64,000 nt of DNA from Phoronis australis (Eukaryota > Animalia > Phoronida). Both the position numbers and the translations under genes were made by a program. The DNA is taken from NCBI GenBank assembly GCA_002633005.1, contig NMRA01000011.1, positions 1 through 64,000 of the forward strand. Direction: 5' to 3'. Below are positions 51,001-64,000 of this stretch, one piece after another (the first letter of the stretch is position 1; each line of letters opens with the position of its first letter). The notes under the pieces are model-generated. The model did no database searches, had not been told where the DNA came from, and was given only the letters and a program-made list of their open reading frames with translations.

Positions 51001-51959
51001 AACCACTTTAACTGTCCTTTTAGAATCCGTCTTCAGCAGTATCAGCACAGGATTCTTGAATGGCATCCTCAGCTTCTGATCGTCCCCAATACACTACATA
51101 TAATTATTTAGTATTTATATATAGTGTAAGGGGGGCGATCAGAAGCGGAGGACGCTTGGGATTTCTTGCATATTTCTGTCAGAGACAGAACTGGCTGTTC
51201 TGTAATGTTAGCCTTCACAGCTCCAGCAACGCATTTGTCCATGTGTTCACGGCGTATGCCCATTTGTATAACCTAACTGATGAGATAAATCACAAAAGTA
51301 GGCAACAAATACACAGAAAAAAGTTAAAACCAGCAGTAAGGAAGGGGCCTGACTAGCTGATACACTGTCGAGAAAATGAAGTCTGTAACAGTGCAACACA
51401 CGTGTTTAATAACACTAAGAAACAGAATAAAAATCCCTGATTAAACCTAACACAATTCTGGTTAAAAATACCTTATATCTTACGAATTTAACACAAGAAA
51501 TCCTGCACACTTCAACGCACCAAGAGCAACGAAACGACAACGACCGCTCATTCCAATACGGGCCAGAAACTACTTCCCGTATTGGAATGATGACGTCATT
51601 CCAATAGGGGCCAGATTCCAATAGGGGTCGGAGCATACTCATTCCTGGTGGACGAAATGACACAACTGCGCTGCTCTTCAACAATGCCAAGACAAATTGA
51701 AAAGTGAATGCTTGCGGTCTGCTATTGAGACTAAGGAAAATATAAATTCTATAGATACTATTAAGTTATTGATACTTTACATTACTTACGCAATACCAAG
51801 GGAGTGGAAATACCGATGCGCGGAGTTTTTGTAAACAAAAGTTACTGGACTGGCACAGTGAGTTGCTATCAGTTATTTATTCTGTAGGGATTATCAGTTC
51901 ATTCACGTCGCCAAATTTCTGCATGAGTTTTGTCGCTGACTCTCATCTTCACTGAACCA

Positions 51960-52310
51960 TCTGCGCACTAGGCCGGTAGCCTGAATCTTTCCGTTTCATT
52001 TCAGCTGTCGACATTGAAAGAGTAGTTCGCTTGGCTTTTTCGTGAGGTATTCGTTGACAAAACTGCTGCGGCCTATTTCTTTTATCTTATTAGAAAATGC
52101 TTGACGCGCATTATAGGTAGTAAATTTAACAAGAATTCTGTCTCCAAGTCGATGATTGCGGTGAAGATTTTTTTCCGTGATGACGTTAAGTTTGCCAACA
52201 ATGTCCATATGCTTGTCCGTATTGTCGTTTTCCGTGACAGTAACAAGTAAACAGTTCCGACGGGTATACTGTTTTAGATCATCTAATTTCATCACTAGGT
52301 TAGCAATTTT
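51960..52310 (-). mobile_element. LINE (CR1/L2-type) ORF1 relic
   Basis: LDDLKQYTRRNCL...HRNHRLG..ILVKF...FVNEYLT. Confidence 0.8.
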
Positions 52311-54034
52311 TCCTCTTGGTAAGATTTTTCGCCAAGCTGTGACACTTCTAAGTTTAGTTGATCACTTTCCTAGGTGTTTGGACATTACTTTATGAATTGT
52401 TCCTGGATTTTGTTCATAAATTCTTCCAGAGTTTTTGAAAGTACGCCAGTAACTTGTCTCTGAATGCATCTGATTCCAAGGTAGTAAACAATGAGAACTG
52501 TTTCTAGTTCTTTAGTCAACATTGTGTCTGTTAATAGACAATATCCATGTTTGAAAGACTAATAACGATGGTACTTCCCGTCATGTTTGCACGAGGACGA
52601 GGCTACAAGACTGATGAAACATGTGGTGTAGTGCACAAGTTATAAGGAACGTTTCCTCAACATGTTTTCCTTTTAATTTATAAAGCTCTCACTTCTTACC
52701 ACACTTTACTTATGCTGTATGTAACATGCTGTGGTTTCCACAACTGCCGTGGACTGCAAGTATTACAAAAACTTGCTGTTCGAAATATACCTCATCACTA
52801 CTTCCTTTCTCATATACTGACCCTTTATTTCGGACTCTGAATATTCTTTCCTAAAACGACATTTTATATTTCCTGTCAACGATTTTTCTATATGTCTTGT
52901 AATCAGCTCTTACTCCATATTTCTCAGGTTTTCATTACGATATCAATCTTGATTCATCCAAACGTTAAAGAAATGTCCTCTCAAGATACGCCCATTTTTG
53001 TGTAACACTTCCACCGCACAACCCGTAATCACCAATACCACTCACTCAAGCCAAGAGCCTCTGCAATATTTTCCCAGAGCTTATTAATTAATTGTCATAT
53101 TATTACAGAAACATAATTGAAAAGATATTTACTTACTCCATTCACGCTTTCTCCTCAGCCATAAAAATTCACCTGTTACGAAACTATTGAGGAAAATGCT
53201 CATTATCAAACTGCAGAATCTGTGCATCTCAGCATCGCTAAAATTTTAAACGTGTGAGAGATATGTGTCTTACCTATCACCTTGATTCTTGTTTCCCTGC
53301 GCTGTGTAATAAACTTCAATCATACAACCATATAATTTTGCCTGTCCAGCCATTTACATTCTTTATTTTTAGTTCTTTTTTACTTTGTAAATGTGTTTTT
53401 TCTCTTAGCATAATAAAATGCATAACGTATTCATTCGTATTTTTTTCCTTTGTTGAGCCAACCATGTTAAAGTTTAGGTTATATCATTCTTTATCTGTAC
53501 CATATTTTAGTTTCTTCCATTATTGCACCGGTAGTTTGTATTGTAATCTGTGTCCATGTTCACGTACACATTTTACATAGATACATAATCATTTTGTTGA
53601 TACTCAACACAAGTTAAAGTATCGCTCATGTAGTGAGATAAATTGTTGACTAACTACAAGTATAGGTATTGGTGGTTATTATCCAAGCCGCTCCCTTTGC
53701 CTTGTTTTGATATTTCTAAAGTAATCAATGACCATGTATTGTCACGTGGTGAATATCTTGCCGGTAGGCGGTTGAAATAACACAACAACACAATTTGATT
53801 TGGATGTAACAATGAGTAAATTGGCTAAATGTTTGAATTTCCCTAAATGAATAATCATAAAGATTAACAAAGAAGGATAATTTAATCAGTCTGTGATCAC
53901 GTTTCCTGTTCCTGGCGTCGGCCTTGGATCCAGTGTTACACTTGTTATGAGGAGTTTACTCTCCTCTTGATCATTCGATCCAGTCATCCAAGCAAGAGTC
54001 ACTTGATGAAATGCTTCGGAATACATGTAACTAT

Positions 54035-54178
54035 GAAGTTCAGTCCATCGAACAACATATATGTTAACATTGAATTCAGTCCATCGAATTCTACGATACA
54101 ATGTATCCCTTTGAAATTCAGTCCATCGAATTTCTGCTACATGTATAGGATTGAAATTCAGTCCATCGAATTTCTATA
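54035..54178. repeat. Short tandem repeat of GAAATTCAGTCCATCGAA within an LTR-like segment (53740-54837)
   Basis: Four copies ~36-41 bp apart. The segment has TG..CA ends but no TSD. Confidence 0.6.
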
Positions 54179-55329
54179 ACTTGTGGTATTTCCCAGCAAA
54201 CTAGGAGCATCTCTTCAGGAATATCTGCGATATCTCTCTAGCAAGCTGCCTTGGTTGAGTGCCTCTCTCCAAGAAATAAGCCTTCTTAAGAAGCTAACGG
54301 TATACCTATGACTCAAACAGACTAAAGGTGGGCGAGTTAAATTAAAACATAAAACCCACAAACTTCCTCCACAAATACGTACTCATAGTTCCAAAACACG
54401 AACTCCCGGAACAACATCATAAGATTCTAATTATGAACCTAAGCTTTCACCAAATATGGTCACGGACAGACAAACCTTTAAGTAATTTCTGCTGAATAAT
54501 AACAAGACAATTGTTGTTGTCAGAACTGGCTAACCACACAGTTGACCAATTCCGGTGACTTTAAAGTTACATAATTCTGCTAGCATAGCATAAACACATC
54601 GTTAGAGACAAATATGCTGATTGATTTCCTATGCACTCCTAGGAGGCAATAAATTTCAGTAAACAACTAATACCTTTAATTAATTACACAACAACCACTA
54701 TATACTTAATTAATACTAATACTTCTCTTGTGATATTATTCTCATGTACATAGTTAGCCCAAGTTGTAATGTGTTTGTATCATACTTAAATAATACATAA
54801 ATGACATGTTCATCCTACATAAAATCTCCCCGTAACACTCAAATGCAGTCAATAAAACCGGCATAGAAATAATACATCACATGTGTAGTCCTCAAGCGAG
54901 AGAAAACGTAACACCCCTCCAAAGCTGGATGCTGAATATGGTATCTTCTCGCCTTGAATTAGTCTGTGAAGAATTGGTGTACATTAGCCAGCAACTTCAG
55001 TTACTGCGCTTCAATAACAGTAATTCGGAAAACTTGATCACTTACAATAACCAGTGAATAGAGATAATATGGACTGTATTCACACAAAAGGCCACTAACA
55101 GTGTTGGCCACTGTGCTCCGTGCTGAAACATTACAATTCTGACCAGCTGTGATCGTTCTTTGTTGAATCTCGGGATTGAATATTATTAATGATGAATTAA
55201 TTTCGTTTTAGGAATCGCTAATGCAGCAAGCTTGCTTAAGTCTATCTTCAGGTTACATGCCTTGAACTGGGCAAATTATTGTCAAATTTGTGTGTGCTCT
55301 CCCCTGCTCCAGGAACCGTACTGCGTAAA

Positions 55330-56445
55330 ATGGCTAGAGACAATGATGCAGTTGTGGTGAAAAACGACTTTCGTATGCCCACGTGGGGGCGAGTGCTGTA
55401 TTACTTAGGATATAGCATCGTTATTGTCATCGGATTGCTTGGAAACTCTTCTGTCATAGCAGGCGTGATTAAGAATGTAAAGCTGAGAACTTCAACCAAC
55501 ATTCTCGTTTGCAATCTTTGCATTGTCAACATTATTATGTGTATTCCAACCTTCGTGTTGGTACATACGTTTGTCACGCTGGACGAAGGACATCTCGAAG
55601 TTGAAACCTTCCTTGGACTTCAGGTTGTGCTATATGTCACAGGCACCGTCTCCGTATGGACGTCCACTGCCATATCTATACTCCGTTGTGGAGGTCTAGT
55701 GAGTATGTGGAAGTTCAAAGCGTCAAAATGGATTATAGTGGTCGTTTTGGCAGTTATTTGGATATTCGCTATTTTTATTGCAACCGTGCCAATTCTTTCT
55801 GGAATTTACGGTGTGCATAATTATGCGAAAAACATAACTAATTCTTCATCGAACAGGAGCGGGCTATCTGGTGAAAATCGCTTTGGTTATAGGATATTTC
55901 TCGGCAGTTTTCTAGCAACGCAGATAGTTCTCCCTGCCACCGTCATGTGCTTCAATTATTCTAGAGTGAGTTGGACATTGCGGAAACATCTTAAAAACGT
56001 TAAAGGAGCCAAAACACGGGATATGGAGATGAAAGACTTTAAGCAATACCGGAAGATTAACTTCATGCTGATCTTGACCGTGGTGTCGTTCATCTTATGT
56101 TATCTTCCAATGAATCTGATCTGGTTTATGAGAGAATTTGCTTCACTAAATCTGAGTACAGAAACGTACACGATAATAAACTTTTGGCTGTCACAGTTGT
56201 TCGTTCTTTCTGTCGCATGCAATCCAATATTATACGGTTTGATGAACAACACTTTACGTCAAGAAATAATGCTTATAAAGAAGCAGATCGTCGACCTAGT
56301 TTGCCTGAAGAAATCGTCAGTTCCGCCGGAAGTGACTCAAAGTCTAGCAGTCATACACGAGAATTCGTCAAGAGTGGGAAAGCCTATCGGTGTAAGCTCT
56401 GCTAAGACGACTGTGGAAGGAGAAATCGAAAGCTCGCATCTTTGA
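55330..56445 (+). CDS. Class A (rhodopsin-like) GPCR, 371 aa, intronless CDS, orphan/peptide-receptor-like
   Basis: Seven hydrophobic segments; GLLGN (TM1), RTSTN-NL (TM2), AISILRC (TM3), IW (TM4), LP...NY (TM5), FILCYLP (TM6), NPILY (TM7). First ATG at 55330, with candidate acceptors just upstream. Confidence 0.93.
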   Translation: MARDNDAVVVKNDFRMPTWGRVLYYLGYSIVIVIGLLGNSSVIAGVIKNVKLRTSTNILVCNLCIVNIIMCIPTFVLVHTFVTLDEGHLEVETFLGLQVVLYVTGTVSVWTSTAISILRCGGLVSMWKFKASKWIIVVVLAVIWIFAIFIATVPILSGIYGVHNYAKNITNSSSNRSGLSGENRFGYRIFLGSFLATQIVLPATVMCFNYSRVSWTLRKHLKNVKGAKTRDMEMKDFKQYRKINFMLILTVVSFILCYLPMNLIWFMREFASLNLSTETYTIINFWLSQLFVLSVACNPILYGLMNNTLRQEIMLIKKQIVDLVCLKKSSVPPEVTQSLAVIHENSSRVGKPIGVSSAKTTVEGEIESSHL

Positions 56446-58513
56446 TCAGAGTGTAAGAAGCCCATTCGCCGCTATCACTAACAGCAATTCCTCCTCATGA
56501 GCCACAATCATGACATTTGTGTTCGGTACTCTCTTGTTGTTCTGCGATAGATTGCTCCATTGTTATCAGAACTGGTCTCGAAAGAAAGGTAATTATGATG
56601 AGTGAGAAAGAAAAACCTCTTGTGACGAAAGAACTTTGTCCTTGAGGTACGGAAAACCACTAGTTGCAACGCTGGCCTGATTTGCTAGGGCCAGTAAAAA
56701 TAGTTATACAGTGCAATATACATGGAGTCCAAAATGTTAACAAAAGTGAAACAAAAAGATAGTGTACCAGGACATGTAGACCACAGAGTTTTATGTTATT
56801 ATTGATGCAAAGCCAGGCAAGATGGAATGAAAACATTATTTTATGCATGATAAAAGCTAAGATGCCAACTGAAGTTGCATTCAAATAAATATAATGAATC
56901 CAGTAGGATTGTGGATCATGAGACTCGAGATCAGCCAATCCAAGAAACCTCTTTTTAATGACCTTGACATTTACTTCGACATCAACCAATGTACAGGCGA
57001 GGTGCAGATAGCCCCGACCACTATTACATGTAAGCACACCGCTTAGCCGGGGACGTCTGGACCAATCTAGGGCAGCGATAATCATTCAAATTGTGTTTAC
57101 AGAGATCATAGAGCATTGCGAGCAGGGTCATCAACTGTAATAAACAATTCTGTCTATCGTGTATAACTTTTAAAATGCTTTTTGAAAACTATTCATTTTA
57201 GGCATTAATGATTACACAAATATGTACAACATAAACATAATCGAAGTCGGTATTCGAAATGAAATCTCGGTTCTCAGAAGTGTATAATCTCTGTTCATTA
57301 TAACTAGTTATACGCAGTAACTGCAGCTGCTTGACTGATAAGGAAAGCAGTCCGAGCTCAGTTACACCTGAATAGACTTGTGCTTTAAGTAACACAAAAA
57401 TAGGCAAATGAACTGTCCGGACTCGCTACATCATAAATGTAAATGTCAAATTCATGTCAATAGTGGCCTAGACCAAAGATTTTTTTGGACAAAAGCCACC
57501 GTAAAACTTGATTTTTTGCATGCATTGTAATAAAAATTTTGATAGTTTGTTCATTTCCATCCATTTTTAATTAGTGATTCGTCCTATAGTTGTTCATCTA
57601 AAACTAATTGATGTTAATATATTTTCCAGTCGGAACTTGATTTACGTGTGGCATATGTTCAGTATAGATGTAACAATTTTCCACGTCACAATTATCTAGG
57701 AATTCCCTAGGCGGTATTTATCTTCAACATTTCGTTTTTTCTCCACTACAAATCTTTATGACGGGCAACGTGATCCACTGAAATGAACCTGAACAGTCCT
57801 AACGTTTCAAACGGAAGCCATGCGTTCACTAACGCTTGGACCTACACTACGACCTAGCTGAAATCTAGCAAGTCACATGATCTCATTCAAAATACACAGC
57901 AATATCTCACGTAATCTCGCGAAGTCTTGCCTTTTGCCGAGGTCCTAGCGTTACTGAACGGGAGGCTGGTCTGTGCATTTCAAATGTCATGTGACTCCTC
58001 TTTGACTCCTTTGACTCAGCGTTGGATTAGATAGACTCTGTATACGGTTATTAGCCTTGGCCAACTTGAAAGCTACTAAAACTACAAAGTCTGTTGTTCT
58101 TTGTTATTTCATTACAAATCAAAAAAGTTGGCTGCTACGACATCTTTGGCAATTTTCAGGCCTGATCCAGCAACACTTTGAACACAACAATGGCTCACTG
58201 CAATCAACCGAGAAATGTTTCTCCACCCAGACCAGCGTTTCCAAATTTTGGAGCCAGCTGTGAAAGACTGCAGTATCATCCCACTCACGTAGCCCGTCTG
58301 TAAATAATTATTTACAGTCACGCTCCAGTACACTGTTGTTAAACAGTGGAACAAAATTATGCCCACTAATATTGCAAATTGTAATCGTAGCTATTTCACT
58401 TGCAAGGCCTGAATAAAGCAGTACCTAACCAAAACAGAAAACTGAAGTCGTTCAAAGAAAAAAGTCGGTATTGTGGGTTCAAAAAAGTAAACTGTTAACC
58501 AATTAATGACCTA

Positions 58514-61500
58514 CAGCACGCATCACGAATTTTTGTCCGACTGGTCGGAAATTGGTCGACGACCGGCCGTCGACCGGTCGGCAAATTAGCAAACTTGTCG
58601 GCTAAAAATTAGCAGACCAGCAGCCGGCCGCAGTGCCGACTCATAAGGCGACTCCCAGCCGACCCTTCAGCCGACCGGCCATCAGCCGACCAGCTGGTCG
58701 GCTGCTATTTTTTAGGCTAGAGTAGCAGTTGCGTAATAGGTCGTCAGGCTGATACCACTTTGCGTGTCGATGCATTTTCTCCTTAACACAGGGTCAAATA
58801 AATTAACCTATTTACCTTCTCCTTTACATGAGTTCACATCGGTTGTGTAACACCACTAATTCGAAGGTTGAAGGCAAGCGGTAATATCATTAAATTATGG
58901 ACAGTGCAACAACCTTTGATCTTTAATTTGACTGCGGACGTTAACAAGCTGCATTAGATTGGTTGCTTCCAGGTCAATACAACGCTGTAGTCATTTTGTA
59001 TACGCAGCTACTTTTGACAGTCTTCGCCCACAATTGTTTTTTGTTTGTGTTACGCCGAACTGCATCTTTTCCCGTTTTTAAAATTCTCCACGGGTCTCCT
59101 ATCACGTGCCCATGATGATGGGATAGTGAGTGAGTTGTTACACCGAAGAGCTCTCACTCCGGGGTTTTTATTTTCATATGATTAACCCCTGCAGTACCGT
59201 ATACGCGAACTTCACGGTCCAGTATGCCCTGAACCCACGGACGTCAAGGATGGCTCTAACTTCGAAATAACATGGTTAATAGTTTCACGAACTTAGACAG
59301 TGACATCAAACACTGAATAACCACTGCTGAGGCAACAACAATTCTAGCTTTGCGCATTCCGTTTTTAGTGCATCGGTGACGTTAACATCTGCGCTAGTTA
59401 CATGTACCAGTTCTTCGTTCACGTTGTTCCAAAAATAAATATTTTCTGTCAACAACATATTGACAAATTATGCCATAAAATAAAACAATTTTGAACGTGA
59501 AGGTGTGAATTCGTGATGAAAAGGTATTTGTCTCTACGCGGCATATTTGCCGTGAATCTTTGGTAAAGCGATTGCGATGTCGAAAAAAATGATAGAAAAC
59601 AAACCAAATGGTACAGAATTTCTTCTATGTTCAGCTGTAAGAAGACCTACAACAATCTTAAAAAATTCCAGCATGAGAGCGCTTCATCAGAAATACCAAG
59701 CACATACATGTACATGTACAGCGTAGTAAGACAGAGAAGTTGGCGTTTCCGTATATCCACAAAAGTGCTTTGAGCAGTGTGTACAAATCTGCTCATTTCG
59801 CTTTTCTACAATGACGGATATGGCCAACACGGTGTTTTAAAAAAGTCCACTTTTGAGGCCATTTTCAACAATTAATATGTTTGGTTGAAGCATTCAGAGA
59901 GTCGGTGTCCACGTCGTACATCAAATGTACTCGTGGGCAGAAAACGTATCTGCGTAAAGAAAGAGTTGCGTTTTCAAAACTCAGAGACGTGTATTGTCAG
60001 GACCCTACATTAATAAACCGAGGCCAAGTATAAAGCACGTCTTCAAAATTTAGATAAACAAAGTTTACGGCATACTAATTACAGGGTCACTGACTCGGAG
60101 CACGTTCTTAGGCACAATGTATACTGTAATTTCGGTTGAATTAGTTATAACTGTGAATAGCACGTACGCGTACAATAAGCCATTCACATTTATATCTGAC
60201 CACAATTCTCCCCCTGCTTTGAAAACAAACAATCGTTTAGATCATTTTCTGAAAGAACGTGAACTAAAATGATAGGAAAAACACGACATACCATACACTA
60301 GTCCAGATTCTACATTCGAAGACCGCTTTTGTGAGAAAGAAACTCTCAACAGGAGAATTTTGTAATGACACGTAAATAAATATATCTTTTACCCCTTAGA
60401 GTAGAAGCTAAACGCTAAGTATTGTGTTATTACTCCGAAGGGCTCGGCCTTGGTGGAAGCTGTTTACTAAATTAAATATACAGCTTTGCGCCGTATTGGG
60501 TAAGAACTGACTGAATAAAATTTTCCTCCTTGAGTAATCTAAATTATTCACGGACGTTGCAAAAATTACTTTTGTAGGCTACAGTTATTCTGCTCCTAAA
60601 ATTGTGGTGTGATCTTTTGCGTAGACTTTTAGCGCAATGAAATATTGCGTCACCTATTAGCCAGTTTCTTTTTCCCAGATTCTTCAATCAAACGTTCTCC
60701 CTCTAGGTTGCGTAAACGTCAAAACAAATGATTAGAATTGGTTTCACTTCATTATATGTTTTTGGAATTTTTTAAACCCAATTTTAGAACAAATTTTGCT
60801 GCGATGTTGTCATCGTCTAAGGGGAGATGTCGAAAAACTTCTGGAAGTGGCGCGTGTCACGAATGTACAACCTTCAAAACGACGACATACATTTCTTTGT
60901 TACCAATGAAGACTGAGAGAATTACGCAAGAAAATGTCGTCGGATAATTTTCGCTAACGGCCGTAATGGGCACGGTGAATGTCAATTGAGTTTCAGATTT
61001 TGCATGCACACCCGCCGGTCTTTAGCTCATGTTGATACAAGCTTTACGACGAGGTGACGAGCGTATTTATTCGAGCAGTGTGCAATTTCGTGGTCTGTCG
61101 GAGCTCAATACACAGTGGCACCTTGCCGTATTTTGACTATTAGTCTTCATACAGCTAGCTGGCTAGATAGGAAGGCTCTAGCTTCGAAACATTGTTTTAC
61201 TCCGAAAGTGACAACAAATTCAGAATGATGATGGATCATGGATGACACTATAACCGATCACATCATTCTTCCGTTTTCATGCGCCCATGATCTTAATCTC
61301 TGCGCTATGTTAAAACAATTGTTTATGTTGTTCTTAAAATTAACATGTGTTCTACTGTTGTACCAACATATTAAGAAATTATGCAAAAATTAACAATAAT
61401 TATCTGTGGTAAAGCGCATCATATAGCGTGATGAAGTGATGATCAAGAGCAATAACAGATGAGCGCGAATGCGTGCTGCTCGGAGTGAGCATTGTTGCGG

Positions 61501-62072
61501 CATGAAAACACTTGAGGTCGTAAAACAGCCAGCGCTGTATTCTTACTTTTGTGCAATTTTACTGTAAAATTTCAAATTTCTTGCTTTTTTATGTATAATG
61601 TACTGTATAAAAAGTCTCATACTAAAAGACAGAAATTACGTTTCCGCGATATCACTTAACGTTTAGTAATTTTACCACGCCGTCAGAAATTCAACATAAA
61701 GTTTACGCTGGTGTAATGCCATGCACTTCGTATTTGTAGGTTGATTCGATTTTACCTCCTTTCAATAGTTGAACAAAAGTTGATAAACCGATGTCAAGAC
61801 CGGAGTTCAGTGTCACTGTTGAACGAAGAGCGAACAGTTATTTATGTTTGTTTGGCCAAAGATCACCCGCTGAGTCATAAAATGGTAATTGCCGACCAAG
61901 GACACGCTTAATCCGAATTGGTTGTCTACGCTAGCCGACCACAGAGGCGACTCAGCAGATGGCTCCTAGCCGACCGTTGTTGGTCGGCTGATGGTCGGCT
62001 AGACGACCGGTCGATGGCCGGTTGTCGACCAATTTCCGACCCGGGTCGGACAAAAATTCGTGATGTGTGCTG
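58514..62072. mobile_element. Putative 3.56-kb DNA element with ~65-bp TIRs and TA flanks; a third terminus copy at ~38262-38317
   Basis: TA|CAGCACGCATCACGAATTTTTGTCCGAC...GTCGGACAAAAATTCGTGATGTGTGCTG|TA, with subterminal GCCGAC repeats. Confidence 0.65.
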
Positions 62073-64000
62073 TATAGTTTGTGTTTGAATGCCATTGATT
62101 GATTTAAAAACGGTTCCGACCTTAGAGATCTTAAACTGACGGAAGTGGAAACAGCCGTGGAATTCCCCAATATGGAGTTGGTCCTTTTATCGTCAAATGT
62201 CTTTTATTTCGGGTTGCTATTTCATGTGCAGGAAACGGGAACAGAACACAGGGTGACTCATTTTATAATCCAGGTATGTGTTTGAACAATTGTAAAGACC
62301 GCACATTACATATTTCGTCAAATTTCTTTGACAACTGCCGTTTGCAAAAACGCCATGCAAAGCCAGAACAGTTGAATAGCAGTGGTTTGCAGCTGTATCA
62401 TGCTTAATTTCCGTCAGCATGGAATCAAACTTTGTAGCATTTGTTTCTCTCGTCTTTAATCTAGAAGACATTGTGTCGATATTGGAATTGAACCTTTTTC
62501 ATTGACAGAGATAGCTTTTAAGTAACTCCTTCATAATGTCACTTCCTTAGTGCTAGTCTCCGTCAATATCTGCCTCAGAGGCAAGCAGTGCAGCTTATTG
62601 TGATTTACCATGATTACGTGATGGCAATGGGCGTGAGAGATTCGGGCACTCGATTAACTTGAGAAAACAGGGTGCCAAAGAAATAGAAAATTGCGCCTGT
62701 ACAACGAAAGCAGATCCACAAAGAAGCGACCAATCCTACCTACAGTTGATATGAATGTCTTTCCGTCTATGGGTAAGCAGACCAGTGGGCGAAGGTCTCT
62801 GCAACTGGTTACTGTAATAAGGCGTCATCACTGTCAAAATATTGTGGGGCGACTCGATCATTTCTTAATTCACCCGTTCCCTTAAGTCAATCGGCTCAGA
62901 CATCTGACTGCTTTTAAGTTGGATATCATCATCGCCACGGCGGAACTGCTGAAATGATTCAAATTTACCCATTATATCCGTCAGGCGAATTTCATGAAAC
63001 AATCCACTATTGATAAAAAAATTACTGATATAACGATTTCCACAGCAAATGACTGCAGTCCACTATAGCTAGACTGGGATAACGGAAAAATTCTTGCCCA
63101 AGTTACGGGATAGAAACCACACACGATAAGCGAACGACAGGGTCATGAAACGCCATTACACTCTTTCACAGTGCTAGAAAAGGCAGCCCTGTGGAATTGT
63201 TGGTTTATATGGCTTTTCATTGGTCTACGTAATGAAACTGACGTCATAACGCTCAGTCATTCCCACTGGTTGAAATCTGAGAAACCCCTTGCAGTTTACT
63301 GTTACGAACGTAGCATAGGCGACTGTAATGTTCTGCGTTGGACAGACAAAATCAAAGTCCGAGTTTGACGGGATGATTTTATTTATTAATTCCACCTGGA
63401 ACCTCAGTGAAAACTTTGAATCCTTGTGAGAACCGTGTGAGAATTGTAAATCTATGAAAATACACAAAATATTCTAAATACATGACAGTACATGTATTAT
63501 ATAAAACAGAATCTAAATTAAATTATTAACAATAGTCACTCTAAGAAACTAGTAAAAATTACTCAAATCTAACTGAATCGGTATATGAACTTTAAATCAC
63601 ATTTACAAAACAAAACTTTGAACATTTCATAGCTCGTAAACTCTAATGAGATTTACAGAAATTGCTCCCTTTGATCTTATCCACGCATGAGCATCCAATT
63701 CTTGTTTTGTGTATCAGTATGATCCTTGTCAGTGACTGAACACACTCCTTGAAATTCTACAGACTCAGTGATCTGCCTAAAATACTTGATTCTCCAAAGT
63801 TACTGAGCTTCCTCGTCTCCTAACTTTTTCTTTTGAGAATGACGCTTGTTTGCTCCACAAAATATTTATACTCTAAGATATGACTAAACATCACATGGAC
63901 ACTGGTCAAGGCATAAGTACATTGGTGTGGGTGTTTCTTAGAATCAATCCACCTAAAGTTGACCACTCCAAAACATAGTTTGATGATCATATCCTGTTTG

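Larger units (their letters stand above)
38351..51640 (-). mobile_element. Putative ~13-kb TIR-bounded DNA element hosting nested insertions and remnants of a spliced gene
   Basis: Left TCCGGCCCGTATTGGAATCTGGCTCGTATTGGAAT versus right (reverse complement) TCCGACCCCTATTGGAATCTGGCCCCTATTGGAAT. No TSD found. Confidence 0.5.

Noticed and set aside
53740-54837. Solo LTR upstream of the GPCR
   Set aside because: TG..CA ends and a partial inverted repeat are present, but the flanks (GTAT / CTCA) give no TSD, so it is not called.
55279-55329. TTG start and 17-aa N-terminal extension of the GPCR ORF
   Set aside because: A non-ATG start is unlikely in a eukaryote, and the region contains splice-acceptor-like sequences. 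ATG 55330 was used.

Overview
Eukaryotic (probably bilaterian invertebrate) AT-rich draft scaffold with N gaps. Nothing prokaryotic, and I found no CRISPR, rRNA or tRNA genes. Host genes: two minus-strand coding exons of a folate-receptor-family gene (15023-14844 and 6278-6087; the 3' exons probably lie left of the window) and an intronless-CDS class A GPCR with several non-canonical motifs (55330-56445, +). Most of the rest is nested, decayed transposable elements. These include three families of Penelope-like retroelements carrying minimal hammerhead-ribozyme motifs, two Gypsy relics (one split by a solo LTR), CR1/L2 LINE pieces, an Academ element, a miniature Kolobok (THAP plus KolX), a pogo/Tc1-type element with a HIRAN-like relic, hAT-like elements with 5-bp TSDs, a possible ~13-kb TIR-bounded element, and an unclassified DDE-like transposase pseudogene. 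The most unusual signal is an interspersed array of ~145-bp monomers (three-subunit higher-order repeat), each starting with a CTCF-consensus-like motif. A diverged copy of the same architecture abuts the unclassified transposase gene. All family assignments come from motif recognition by eye; no database searches were run.
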